Shown here: positions 9,476 through 18,914 of the stretch, in pieces | Position numbering within the stretch: the first letter of the stretch is position 1 | Layout: every line of letters starts with the position of its first letter | Source: an uncultured Verrucomicrobiales bacterium | Lineage (GTDB): Bacteria > Verrucomicrobiota > Verrucomicrobiia > Verrucomicrobiales > DEV007 | Assembly: GCA_938091905.1 (NCBI GenBank) | Contig: CALKOM010000069.1 | Span: forward strand, 1 to 43,232 | DNA: 43,232 nucleotides | Direction of reading: 5' to 3' | Program-made: the position numbers and the translations under genes | The notes under the pieces: model-generated | What the model was told of the DNA's origin: nothing | The model's input: the letters and a program-made list of their open reading frames with translations, nothing else | Database searches by the model: none

Positions 9476-10471
9476 TTAGTTCACCGTTAGTTTCTCTTCG
9501 GCCAGAGCCTCTTGCAAATCTGGAAGAAGATCTCCTTCCTTCAGCACAAAGCGCAAGCGGGAGAGTGCAATTGGGATGGACTCGAGAAACTCCGTTTTAC
9601 CTAGGTTCCGGCCGAGATTTCCATAGGCTCCTAGCGCCTGCATTAGACGCTGGGCCGCACATTTCCAATAGAGCAGCTTAAAGTCATCCCAAGAATCCTC
9701 GCGATGCAAAGAATGATAATAGCGCAACAAGTCGCCGCGACGCTCTGATCCGATCGAAATATAAGGATCAAGCAAGATAGAAGCGAGATCGTATTCAGGT
9801 CGCCCCCATCGCAGGCCTTGGTAATCGATAAGATAAATCGCACCATCATAGATCATGATGTTTCGAGACTGGAAATCGCGATGCACCAAATGCCGAGGAA
9901 GCGCCGCAAGCTCTTCAGCCAGTTCTTTCCAAGGCTTGCTCTCATACAGTGCCTCCACTTGAGTTGGCTTCATCCGTGACTGGTGCGCAAGAAAGTGCTC
10001 GTAGAAATACTCTTGCTCCCAGCGATAGAGCCCCTCTGTGAAGGCTGGCTCAAGCTCGCATGGAATGTCCCCCTCCTCCACCGCGTGTAGCTTCCAAACT
10101 TCATCGAGGGTCTTCTGGTAAAGAGGCTCTAACAGTGGCCATGATTGGAGTCGCTGAGACCAAAGATCGATCTCACCGAGATCTTGGAGCCAGACAAGGC
10201 ATCTCTCCTCATCAAAGGCGTGTAGCTTCGGAACAGCCACGTGCAATTCTGCGCCCAAGTAACGTGTGACCGGCACAAAACGCTCATTGTCCGGGCGATC
10301 ATGCGCGTACTGCATGATCACGTAGGTTTGGCCACCTGGACGAAATTGGACGCGATGAAAGGTCCTCCCTGAACCACCACCAGTAATCGGAATCGTTTGG
10401 ATCGTATCAAAAGCGTCGAAGGTAAGAAAAGAGCGGGCGTGTTGGGCCAACTCGGCTTGATCCAGGTTCAT
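9476..10471 (-). CDS. Aminoglycoside-phosphotransferase-family kinase, AmgK-like (anomeric MurNAc/GlcNAc kinase)
   Basis: GGSGRTFHR, LQDLGE, HRDFQSRNIM, IDYQG, YDLASILLDPY and QRLMQALGAYG motifs. Confidence 0.8.
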   Translation of the reverse strand: MNLDQAELAQHARSFLTFDAFDTIQTIPITGGGSGRTFHRVQFRPGGQTYVIMQYAHDRPDNERFVPVTRYLGAELHVAVPKLHAFDEERCLVWLQDLGEIDLWSQRLQSWPLLEPLYQKTLDEVWKLHAVEEGDIPCELEPAFTEGLYRWEQEYFYEHFLAHQSRMKPTQVEALYESKPWKELAEELAALPRHLVHRDFQSRNIMIYDGAIYLIDYQGLRWGRPEYDLASILLDPYISIGSERRGDLLRYYHSLHREDSWDDFKLLYWKCAAQRLMQALGAYGNLGRNLGKTEFLESIPIALSRLRFVLKEGDLLPDLQEALAEEKLTVN

Positions 10472-10493
10472 AGGCGGCTAAGACTAGCAACTT

Positions 10494-11102
10494 ATGGCCG
10501 GAGAGCAACGCGACTTCGAAACCCACCAGTTCATTCCTCAAGACTACTTTGCGGAGGTGAAACGAGAAGAGTTATGCCCTCATGACCGACCGTTAGAACT
10601 GGACGTTGGGTGCGGAGATGGACGTTTTCTGATGGAAATGGCCGCCAAATTCCCCGACAGGCAATTCCTGGGCACAGAGCGCCTCCTCGGCCGTTTACGC
10701 AAGGTCTGTCGGAAAGCAAAACGACGTGATCTTTCTAATCTCAAAGTGCTCCGCCTGGAGTCAGGATACGCACTTGAGTGGCTACTTCCTGCAGAGTCGT
10801 TTGATCGTGTGCACCTTCTCTTCCCCGATCCCTGGCCCAAGAAGAAGCACCACGGCAGACGAATGGTCCAGAAAAGTAGCCTACCGCATTTCGCTCGCGT
10901 GCTGAAACCAGGTGGAGAGTTTCTCTTCAAAACCGATCACCCCGCCTACTTCGAAGCTGCCATGGAATGCCTCACCGAAGCGACTTTTTTCAAATCCCTT
11001 ACATGGGAGGACGAGATGTTCTACCCTCAGACAGATTTCGAAGAACTCTGGCTGGGGCAGGGCAAGCCCATTCACCGTGCTCACTTCAAGAAGATCAGCT
11101 GA
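10494..11102 (+). CDS. trmB: tRNA (guanine-N7)-methyltransferase
   Basis: ELDVGCGDG SAM motif, FPDPWPKKKH..RR, FKTD and TDFE. Confidence 0.93.
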   Translation: MAGEQRDFETHQFIPQDYFAEVKREELCPHDRPLELDVGCGDGRFLMEMAAKFPDRQFLGTERLLGRLRKVCRKAKRRDLSNLKVLRLESGYALEWLLPAESFDRVHLLFPDPWPKKKHHGRRMVQKSSLPHFARVLKPGGEFLFKTDHPAYFEAAMECLTEATFFKSLTWEDEMFYPQTDFEELWLGQGKPIHRAHFKKIS

Positions 11103-13414
11103 TCTCCGCGAAAGCCCTCCAGCCGGATCTTTCTCTTGGAAAGCTTTAGGATAACGGCACCGACCTCTTCTTGATCGATGAGTGGGATTCCGCGCACGGT
11201 GGCCCATCGGCTCGCCATCTCGTCGTGATCAACCTCTGTATCATAAACGATTGCTCGAGGCTGGACGGCATCGAGAAACTCTATCACACCACTATAATCA
11301 TCAGCGTGATGCCCTTTGATAAGCACATCGGCCTTCAAATCTACCCCCGAGTCAAGCAACCACCGCTCAGTCGTGAAACCAGCATCCGCCATAAAAAGCA
11401 CACGCCATCCCTGGCCATGCAATCGAAGGACCAAGCCCCGATCATCAGCCGCCGACGCAGCAAACTGTTCATCAGCAGGAGGATAGAGTACCTCCCAATA
11501 ATCACCCCACTTCAAAGCGATAGATTGCCCGGCCTCTAAACGGACGGTCGCGGCTCCCCTATCCAACAATGTCCTCTCAAGCGCTAAGACTGAAGGACTG
11601 CGAGATTTCCACCGTGGCTGATAGACCTTGGGCGCATAGCTCTTCATCAGCTCGGAAGCGGCACTGGTATGTCCGGTATCTCCATGAGTGACCCAGAGTC
11701 GATCAATAGAGTTTAATCCCGCAGAGCGTATATAGGGTTCTGTCAGCATTGGATAACTTCTCAAATGCCCAATATCAATCAACTCGTCTGACCCACCTCG
11801 CACGTTCACGTGACTGCAGGCGCCGCCACGGGGAAGATCCAGGACCGTCACCTCGATAGGCGCCTGAGTAAAAGGCAGGCGACCAGACACCAGGAAATGT
11901 CCTCCAGGCACTTGTGCGAAGGTCTCGGCCAGCGCCACGAGCCCATGCACAAGGACGAAGTTCGCATTGTTAAAAAGTATATTCAAAGGGCCGAGCAAGC
12001 CAACTAGCGAGCATAGCATGCTCATGGCAGCCGTGAAAAGGATACAGAAACCAAGTGGCATCAGGAGGCAATTGGCAAAGATCGCCACAGGCGTCACCAG
12101 ATGAAACGTCGCTGCCATCAGTGGCAGTGAACCAAACCACGCAGCCCCGGATACGCTGACAATATCTCCAAGCCATCGTCGGAAGGCGTAGGCCCGTTGC
12201 TCATGATCCTCCAAAAGACTGGAAGGAATGAGAGGGTCTGGATATAGCCAAAGTCGGAATGGGCGTTGCAAGGCCTTCGTAAACATGATGATCGAGAGGA
12301 GGACAGCAAAGGAAAGCTCAAAGCCTGGTAGGAAGAGCTGATTCGAGTTGAACGCGAGAATGAGGAGTGCCGCCAACCCTAGGCTATTGAGGAGACGCGG
12401 CTCACGACGCACACAGAAGCTCGCGAGAAATACCGTAGCCATCGTGGCAGCCCGAACGGCAGATGGACGCCAACCAGTAATGAAGGCGTAGAAGAAGAGC
12501 AAAGGAATGAGTAGCAGCGTGACTTGAGCTCTACTCAAACCAAGTGGTTTGAGCATGAGCCAGGCAATCAATGCAAAGATCCCTACATGCAATCCACTCA
12601 CCGCAAAGATATGTAGCGTCCCACTGAATCGAAAGGGGTCTTCCATTTCAGGAGTAGCCTCTTCCCGCATTCCTAAGACCATGGCATTAAGAATCGCGCA
12701 AATGTCAGTCTCATTCTCCAAATCCCGAGTGATCGCCCGCGACATCCGATGACGCGCCTTTAGAGCAGTCGCTTTGAAAAAATGCGGACGCCGATCGAGA
12801 GTCTCAAAATGCTCGCTACGGGTGATTTCAACTATACCCACCCAATCGTGGCGCTCCAAGAAAGAGCGGTAATCAAATTGCCCCGGATTGCGCGGTAGCT
12901 CCGGCAAATGAAGACGGCCCGTAAAGGCAACCACATCGCCATACACAATCTCATGGTCAGATACGCGGACGACCACCCGGTGAGGCGAGCGATAGATCAT
13001 ACCCGCAGCAGTCACCGACTCTAGCTGAAGCACGGCCTGAGTTCCGTAACTGCCTAGTGGCCGAGGCTCGCTGCAAATGCGCCCCTGCGCTTCCACATGG
13101 ATCCCTTCTACATCTGATCGAAGCCGTTCGTGAAACGGAAACTCTTCAAAGGCAGCCAGATGCCAGGCATGCACGGCAGCAAAGCCCACAACCATCATTG
13201 GCCCAATCAACCAACGGGCCCACGACCGTTTCCAGATCAGCCCGAGGGCATAGACCAACCCAAATACCACAAAGGCCGCCCCATAATGGACGGCCTTTGG
13301 GAAGTGATCTGACAGGAGGATCCCGACGCAACCAGCGACGGCTAGGTAGAACAACGGATCGGCGCGCAACCGCTTACCGACAGTATCCGCTATCGACGCT
13401 CTTCGCTCTAACAA
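11081..13414 (-). CDS. comEC: ComEC/Rec2 competence protein (DUF4131/OB + competence + beta-lactamase-like domains)
   Basis: RNPGQFDY, GTLHIFAVSGLHVG, PSAVRA, GFELSF, many TM segments and a C-terminal MBL-like region (THGD, LFMADAG, KGHH). Confidence 0.92.
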   Translation of the reverse strand: MLERRASIADTVGKRLRADPLFYLAVAGCVGILLSDHFPKAVHYGAAFVVFGLVYALGLIWKRSWARWLIGPMMVVGFAAVHAWHLAAFEEFPFHERLRSDVEGIHVEAQGRICSEPRPLGSYGTQAVLQLESVTAAGMIYRSPHRVVVRVSDHEIVYGDVVAFTGRLHLPELPRNPGQFDYRSFLERHDWVGIVEITRSEHFETLDRRPHFFKATALKARHRMSRAITRDLENETDICAILNAMVLGMREEATPEMEDPFRFSGTLHIFAVSGLHVGIFALIAWLMLKPLGLSRAQVTLLLIPLLFFYAFITGWRPSAVRAATMATVFLASFCVRREPRLLNSLGLAALLILAFNSNQLFLPGFELSFAVLLSIIMFTKALQRPFRLWLYPDPLIPSSLLEDHEQRAYAFRRWLGDIVSVSGAAWFGSLPLMAATFHLVTPVAIFANCLLMPLGFCILFTAAMSMLCSLVGLLGPLNILFNNANFVLVHGLVALAETFAQVPGGHFLVSGRLPFTQAPIEVTVLDLPRGGACSHVNVRGGSDELIDIGHLRSYPMLTEPYIRSAGLNSIDRLWVTHGDTGHTSAASELMKSYAPKVYQPRWKSRSPSVLALERTLLDRGAATVRLEAGQSIALKWGDYWEVLYPPADEQFAASAADDRGLVLRLHGQGWRVLFMADAGFTTERWLLDSGVDLKADVLIKGHHADDYSGVIEFLDAVQPRAIVYDTEVDHDEMASRWATVRGIPLIDQEEVGAVILKLSKRKIRLEGFRGDQLIFLK

Positions 13415-13417
13415 ACC

Positions 13418-14182
13418 CTACACATTCGGCTTTGGAGGCTGCGCACCGGATGGCGGAGGCGTTGAAGGAGAAGGAATACCAGATTCCAGTTCTTGGGCAC
13501 CTGCCTCGCCCTCGCCCTCACCAGATTGGTCCGCAGCAATCTCCGCTTGCACGCTCTTCACCAACTCAGGATCGATCTCTCGGAGGCGATGGACCGCATT
13601 GGCATAATGTCGTGTTTCTGGGTAGCGGCGCATACATTTCTGAAGGAGATTCACTTTACGATCTTGATCATCGGGCTGGTGTTCCTGGATGAGATCTACC
13701 AAACGAAAGATAAACCAGGCGGCGTCTTCTTCCTCCCAATGTTCTTCGCGAATTGCGTTCTCCAAGGTGAGCTCGGCGTTGGCCGGATCATGGAGGCGCT
13801 CCAGATAAAGTTTCACAATGTCCGCAATGGGCATGCGGTCACCAGGGTTTTCTTTGGCAATCTCACGGAACAACGCCACAGCCCCCTCGTAGTCACCAAT
13901 GGCTACCTTGCCACGGGCTTTCAGATAAGGATCAGTTCCCGCTTCCTCTGCGGAAGACAACATAGCCTCGCCCACGGCGTCTCCAAACATTGGGAGAATG
14001 TAACTCACAAACAGGAAGCCACCAACCACTGCCGTGAGAAGGAAGTAGGCGATCAGCCTGATGATTCCATCCGTCTGCTGCTCCTCAGTCATGCCATTGT
14101 AATCCTGCACAGCTGAATAACACAGCCACAGAAGACCTAAGAAGAGGATGATGCCTATATTTCGAATGAGATTTGGATTCAT
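13418..14182 (-). CDS. Hypothetical 2-TM membrane protein with TPR-like helical domain
   Basis: Start refined to MNPNL at 14182. Two hydrophobic helices, then GDYEGAVALFREIAKENPGD and RYPETRHYANA TPR-like segments, and a Pro-rich tail. Confidence 0.65.
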   Translation of the reverse strand: MNPNLIRNIGIILFLGLLWLCYSAVQDYNGMTEEQQTDGIIRLIAYFLLTAVVGGFLFVSYILPMFGDAVGEAMLSSAEEAGTDPYLKARGKVAIGDYEGAVALFREIAKENPGDRMPIADIVKLYLERLHDPANAELTLENAIREEHWEEEDAAWFIFRLVDLIQEHQPDDQDRKVNLLQKCMRRYPETRHYANAVHRLREIDPELVKSVQAEIAADQSGEGEGEAGAQELESGIPSPSTPPPSGAQPPKPNV

Positions 14183-14263
14183 GAGCTGAACAATGCAGTT
14201 CCTCTGAGCGTAGGAAGACCTGGGGTAGAAGCAATACGAAAGTTGAGAGCCCTTCGAAACGCA

Positions 14264-14295
14264 GAAAGGGCTCCCCGTTACCGGAGAACCCTTTC
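14264..14295 (-). terminator. Intrinsic terminator-like hairpin downstream of the porin gene
   Basis: Minus strand GAAAGGGTTCTCCG-GTAA-CGGGGAGCCCTTTC: 14-bp stem with two G-U pairs and a GNRA-type loop, about 30 nt after the porin stop. Confidence 0.75.
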
Positions 14296-14327
14296 GAAAG
14301 GTTAGCTTTCTAAAGAAAGCGAGCCGA

Positions 14328-15152
14328 CTAGAAGTCGACGCTAAGAGCGATCCCGCCCCAGAAGTAGTCGCCTTCACCTGCATCATCAGCGATGTCCTGA
14401 GCAACGCTAGCAGCGATGTAAGGAGTCAGCGTAGCTGAAGGAGTAAGAGCGATTGGCATCTCTAGCTTGGCAAAGAAGTGGTTGAAACCACTGTCCTCAA
14501 TACCAGCAGGTGCGTCGTCGATGTCGGCATAAGAAATCCCGACGGAAGGGTCGAGGCTCACATTGCTGCTGACTGGGATCGATGTGCCAGCCGTAGCTTC
14601 AATGTAACTAATCTCTAGATCGAAATCGTAGTAGTAAGCGAGAGCGACATCGACAGGACCCAAGGTCGTGCCAGCAGAAACATACGCTTCGTTTGTCTCG
14701 CCACCGTTAGAGCCGCCGTCACCGAGGATACCGTTAGGATAGCTGTAGTGCGTGTAACCCACTTCGAGGCCCCAGGTTCCCATGTCGAACGCGAGAGATG
14801 CGTAAACATCAATTTCGTTCTCACCATCGTTGAAGGCAGAAGTGTACCAAGTCCCGATGGAAGCTTCGATAGTGTCTCCGAGAGGGATCGAAAGATCGAG
14901 AGCCGACCAGACATGATCGTGCCCGATGTCATAGCCACGGAAAATGTAATCCGTGTCATAGCCAACACTAATGCTAGCGCCAACAGAGTCCCAGTAGCCA
15001 CCGCTACCGCCGGAAGGGGGAGGTGGTGGGATTGAGCCCATTTCTTGTGCAGGTGCAGGTGCAGGGTCAGACGGACCCGCCACTGCATAACTGATGGAGA
15101 CAGCACTCACAGCAGCGAGTGCCCCAACTTTACGTAATGCGTTTAGTTTCAT
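14328..15152 (-). CDS. Outer-membrane beta-barrel protein (TorF/Gcw_chp-like putative porin)
   Basis: Signal peptide, Pro-rich linker, YDTDYIFRG, EIDVY, VGYTHYSYP, alternating beta-strand pattern and C-terminal Phe (ALSVDF). Confidence 0.8.
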   Translation of the reverse strand: MKLNALRKVGALAAVSAVSISYAVAGPSDPAPAPAQEMGSIPPPPPSGGSGGYWDSVGASISVGYDTDYIFRGYDIGHDHVWSALDLSIPLGDTIEASIGTWYTSAFNDGENEIDVYASLAFDMGTWGLEVGYTHYSYPNGILGDGGSNGGETNEAYVSAGTTLGPVDVALAYYYDFDLEISYIEATAGTSIPVSSNVSLDPSVGISYADIDDAPAGIEDSGFNHFFAKLEMPIALTPSATLTPYIAASVAQDIADDAGEGDYFWGGIALSVDF

Positions 15153-15270
15153 GTATTCCTTGATTAAGTTACCTAGAACGGTCGGTTATAAATAGGAACC
15201 CGATTTTTGAAGTCAATGAAATTTCGACGGGGAACCCAGATAACCTGTTCATTACCGAGAGGCGTTGTAA

Positions 15271-15300
15271 ATTAAAATATTTTAAAATATATTAATAATT
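15271..15300. promoter_or_regulatory. AT-only palindrome and 10-bp repeats in a divergent promoter region
   Basis: ATTAAAATAT-TTTAAAATAT-ATTAATAATT contains the perfect palindrome TTAAAATATTTTAA (15272-15285), between the divergent porin and DUF58 genes. Confidence 0.45.
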
Positions 15301-15357
15301 CGTATCAATGAACATTCGGAAGAAGGCCCTATCTCTAAGATCTAGGTAGTTCAGAGT

Positions 15358-16752
15358 ATGCCGCGCCCCAGGCTTACCCCCGTCCTTTACTCCCTCTACC
15401 GCAGGGGCGAGCGCATTTCACAAGGCCTCAGACGCAGGGTCACCGAAGCTGGTTGGTTCATGATCATGACCTGTTTTGTCATCGGCTTGAGCGGGGTCGA
15501 CACTCAATGGAGCCTCCATCACCAAATATTCGCTATCTTGTTCATGGTGATACTCTTGGCGATTCTTGGGCTGTTTTTTATCAGGCGCCCCAAAATAACG
15601 GTGCAGCGGCGATGCCCTCGCTATGCGACAGCAGGCGAAGACCTGCGGTTCCCCGTCTTGGTAACGAATCTCGCTCAGCGAGGCTACCAAGGCCTTCGCT
15701 TTCGAGAATGGATGACCGAGATTCTCCCCAGTCGCGAAGAATTCGTCAATCGGCCTGAGCCTAGAGAGAAAGAGCGAAATCTTTTTGATCGGACGTTCGT
15801 CTACTATCGATGGCTTTGGCTGCTAGAGACCAAGCGCCTGGCCTCCGGAATGACCTCCGAAGAGTTCGATATCGCCCCGGAAGCGACGATTCGTGTCACG
15901 GTTCGGCTGCGCCCCAACCGTAGAGGCCTGCTCACCTTACGAAATCTCCGCGTCCTCAGAAAGGACCCGTTTGGCCTCTTCCAGCGTGCCCTCTCAATCA
16001 GCGAGGACCAGGGCAGCCTCCTTATTCTGCCCCGCCGTTACCCGATTCCCGACCTTGAAATGCCGGGGCGACAACCAGTGGATGATGTCGGCGCTGGACT
16101 CGTGGCCAGCTCTCTAGGTCAATCGGACGACTTCGTCGGCCTACGGGATTACCGGCCTGGCGATCCGGTGCGGCACATCCACTGGCGCAGCTGGGCAAGG
16201 CTCAACCGCCCCGTGGTCAAAGAATTTGAGGAAGAACACGTCCCTCGGTTCGCCCTGGCCCTCGACTCGACGCTGCTCCCCGACCAAGACACCGAAGTCT
16301 TTGAAGAAGCCGTCTCTGTCGCTGCATCCTTCGTTTCTGGGATAAAATCCAATCGGGTGGCTCTCGATTGCCTCTTCGCCGGAGACCAGGCTTATCGATA
16401 CGCTCAATCCGGAAGTGGAGCGAATCGCACCCCGGAGAAGATGCTCGAAATCCTCGCCACCATTGAGCCAACACACGATATCGGAAGCCTCGATGCTATG
16501 AGAGAAGCGATGCAAGGCCATGCCATCAGTCTCAGTGCGGCAATCCTTATCTTCACCGAGTGGTGTGGAAAGCGCGCCGATTTCGTAAAAGCCCTCGGAA
16601 CACGTGGCGTCCACACCATCGTTCTCGTCGTGACTGAAGATCGGCGAGAGTCTCTTTCCGGTCTAACATTCTTGCCAGTGGGCGAAATCGAGGGCTTGCT
16701 AGCTACTCTCCCCCTGTCACTGCACCCCTCAACGGCTCCAGCCACCGCATGA
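15358..16752 (+). CDS. DUF58 domain-containing protein
   Basis: Two N-terminal TMs, RRG..L, DPFGLF, and FVGLRDYRPGDPVRHIHWRSWAR..PVVKEFEEE, followed by FEEAVSVAAS. Confidence 0.92.
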   Translation: MPRPRLTPVLYSLYRRGERISQGLRRRVTEAGWFMIMTCFVIGLSGVDTQWSLHHQIFAILFMVILLAILGLFFIRRPKITVQRRCPRYATAGEDLRFPVLVTNLAQRGYQGLRFREWMTEILPSREEFVNRPEPREKERNLFDRTFVYYRWLWLLETKRLASGMTSEEFDIAPEATIRVTVRLRPNRRGLLTLRNLRVLRKDPFGLFQRALSISEDQGSLLILPRRYPIPDLEMPGRQPVDDVGAGLVASSLGQSDDFVGLRDYRPGDPVRHIHWRSWARLNRPVVKEFEEEHVPRFALALDSTLLPDQDTEVFEEAVSVAASFVSGIKSNRVALDCLFAGDQAYRYAQSGSGANRTPEKMLEILATIEPTHDIGSLDAMREAMQGHAISLSAAILIFTEWCGKRADFVKALGTRGVHTIVLVVTEDRRESLSGLTFLPVGEIEGLLATLPLSLHPSTAPATA

Positions 16753-18914
16753 GAAACCAAGATTCAGGTGACCGGTTGGATTGGACCGCTCTGAAGCCTC
16801 CAACCTATCTCCTGGGGACGACCCTGCTCTTCTGGGGATTGCTTTCTGGGCATCCACTGATGGGCTTGGCCGCTGGTCTCCTGTTAGAGTGCCACCGTTG
16901 GTTAAACTGGAGATGGAAATTCTCGGACCAAGATTACATCCGGGTTTGGAATCTCTGTGTTGTACTCTTCCTGGTTGTCGCCGTCTTTCAAGTCGTCGAT
17001 CGAGACTTCGGACGCTGGCAACTCACGCGCGTCTTTCAAATATGGATGCCTCTACTGCTCTTTCCCATGATTTGGGCGCAATACTTCACGCAAGGGAAAG
17101 ATGTGCCGATGCTAACATTCTCTTTAGTTGCACGCCGCAAGCGCCTATACGACGAGCGCGCCGGGCGACGCATCAAAGAACCGCGACGTGCCCATCTAGG
17201 CTACTTTTACTTCGCCATCCTTCTTCTATCGATCGGAGCCGCAGGACGAGAGGCACCAAGAATCGGAGAGTTCTTTGCCAGCATGAACCACCGCCTTGGC
17301 TTCGGAGCGGTGTCCTCAGTCTATGTTATCGTCAGTATTCTTCTTGCTTGGGCACTATCAGTGTTCGTTTCTCGACGCGGATGGGCGCTAGCAGGCGCGC
17401 TATTCCTCGTCTCAATCTTCTTCGGACATCACCTCCACCACGGTCTGCGGTTTCTCCATGGTGTGGTCGAAAGTAAGACCATGGAATGGATGTCTGGGCG
17501 TCAAACTCCGGATGCAAACAGTTCACGCACTCAGTTTGGGAAAGTTGGTGCACTCAAACTGAGCCCAAAAGTCTTCTGGCGAGCAAAGCACATCGATGGG
17601 AAGCGATCTACGCTTCTTCCCGATGCGATCTATCAAGTTTACGAAGACCGTGAGTGGCGAAATAAGCGCCCAAACAGCACTCTACAGGAGGTCGATAAGA
17701 TCGAGAACACCAATCAGTGGGAGATCGAGAATATCGGCGATGTGGGCACCAGTGTCATGGAGATCCGGGGTCGAGTGCATAGCAAGGAAGAGACGATACC
17801 TCGACTTGAAAATACCGGCCTAATCCTTGAACTTGAAGCCTCCAACCTGGAAAAAAACAGTTTAGGAACGCTGGTACTCTCACCAAGCTACACCTCAATC
17901 AAATACGCGCTTCATACAGGGAAACTCAGTCCCGGAAAGCTCGAGAGTCTACCCGATAAAGAAGACCTTCTGATCGCCGACCGTGAACACGATCATATTT
18001 GCCAACACGCCAAAGCCTTCCGCATTCGAGAGAATGCGAGCACGCGCGAACGCATCCGGGCTGTGGAGCGCTTCTTCAGCGACCCTGCCAACAACTTCCG
18101 TTACACCCAGTACCTGCGTGGTATTGGCGTGAATGACTTGGGAACGCGCGAATCCCATTTGAGCCATTTTCTTAAGCCTACGGGACGCAGTGGTCACTGC
18201 GAATATTACGCAACGTCGACCGTCCTCCTTCTGCGGGCTCTCGGCGTAAATGCTCGCTATGTTGTCGGGTATGCGCTGAAGGAACTCGACAAGGAGAGGG
18301 GTGAGTGGGTCATTCGGGGAACGCATCGCCACGCTTGGGTTCGCGCTTGGCTCGAAGATGAGGAGTGTTGGGTCAACGTCGATACCACACCGTTCAACTG
18401 GTTCGCCGTGGAGAACAAGGCACTATCATCACTACAAAATTTCTTAGATCGCTGGGATCACTGGATGCTGTCCTGGAATCTCTGGCGCCGAGCAGACGAC
18501 AAAGGATGGCTCTGGACATTTCTCCCAGTGATCTTGGCAGGGGGCCTGCTCATCATCGTCGTTCTCCGTCTTGTCCGCGGCTTGCGCAAGAGTCAGAACA
18601 ATGAGGCTCATTCACGAGATCGCTCTGAGAAACTCGCGATGTTAGGAATGGACTCCGCCTGGTTTGAACTCGAACGAACCCTGGCAGAACACGAATGGCC
18701 TCGCCCCCCTTCTCAGAGTGTCGGCGACTGGTGTCGCCAGCTCATGATCATGCATCCAGAGTGGCGAAACTCTCTCAGCAGAATCGTTAATGCTCACTAC
18801 CGCCTTCGCTTTGATCCTCAGGGACTCACGGAGAAAGAGGTCGCCACATTTCGCGAGATCACCAGCACCTTTCAAGAGATGCTATCAGAAGACACGCCAG
18901 ATCCTAGCGCTTAG
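16749..18914 (+). CDS. Membrane-bound transglutaminase-like protein (TgpA-like)
   Basis: N-terminal multi-TM region, GHCEYYAT (Cys), ARYVVGY, HAWV (His), VDTTP (Asp), and C-terminal TM plus YRLRFD (DUF4129-like). ATGA overlap with the DUF58 gene. Confidence 0.9.
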   Translation: MRNQDSGDRLDWTALKPPTYLLGTTLLFWGLLSGHPLMGLAAGLLLECHRWLNWRWKFSDQDYIRVWNLCVVLFLVVAVFQVVDRDFGRWQLTRVFQIWMPLLLFPMIWAQYFTQGKDVPMLTFSLVARRKRLYDERAGRRIKEPRRAHLGYFYFAILLLSIGAAGREAPRIGEFFASMNHRLGFGAVSSVYVIVSILLAWALSVFVSRRGWALAGALFLVSIFFGHHLHHGLRFLHGVVESKTMEWMSGRQTPDANSSRTQFGKVGALKLSPKVFWRAKHIDGKRSTLLPDAIYQVYEDREWRNKRPNSTLQEVDKIENTNQWEIENIGDVGTSVMEIRGRVHSKEETIPRLENTGLILELEASNLEKNSLGTLVLSPSYTSIKYALHTGKLSPGKLESLPDKEDLLIADREHDHICQHAKAFRIRENASTRERIRAVERFFSDPANNFRYTQYLRGIGVNDLGTRESHLSHFLKPTGRSGHCEYYATSTVLLLRALGVNARYVVGYALKELDKERGEWVIRGTHRHAWVRAWLEDEECWVNVDTTPFNWFAVENKALSSLQNFLDRWDHWMLSWNLWRRADDKGWLWTFLPVILAGGLLIIVVLRLVRGLRKSQNNEAHSRDRSEKLAMLGMDSAWFELERTLAEHEWPRPPSQSVGDWCRQLMIMHPEWRNSLSRIVNAHYRLRFDPQGLTEKEVATFREITSTFQEMLSEDTPDPSA

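Noticed and set aside
13057..14116. Plus-strand ORFs of 211 and 207 aa
   Set aside because: Antisense to comEC and the TPR-like gene, with no protein-like motifs.
14183..14404. N-terminal extension of ORF 13418..14404
   Set aside because: Runs through the porin 3' end and its terminator hairpin. ATG 14182 is more plausible.
15040..15066. GCAGGT-type short repeats as a possible array
   Set aside because: They encode the PAPAPA linker of the porin.
15185..15216. Sigma-70-like TTGACT...TATAAC for the porin (minus strand)
   Set aside because: The spacing is 20 nt, too long to call with confidence.
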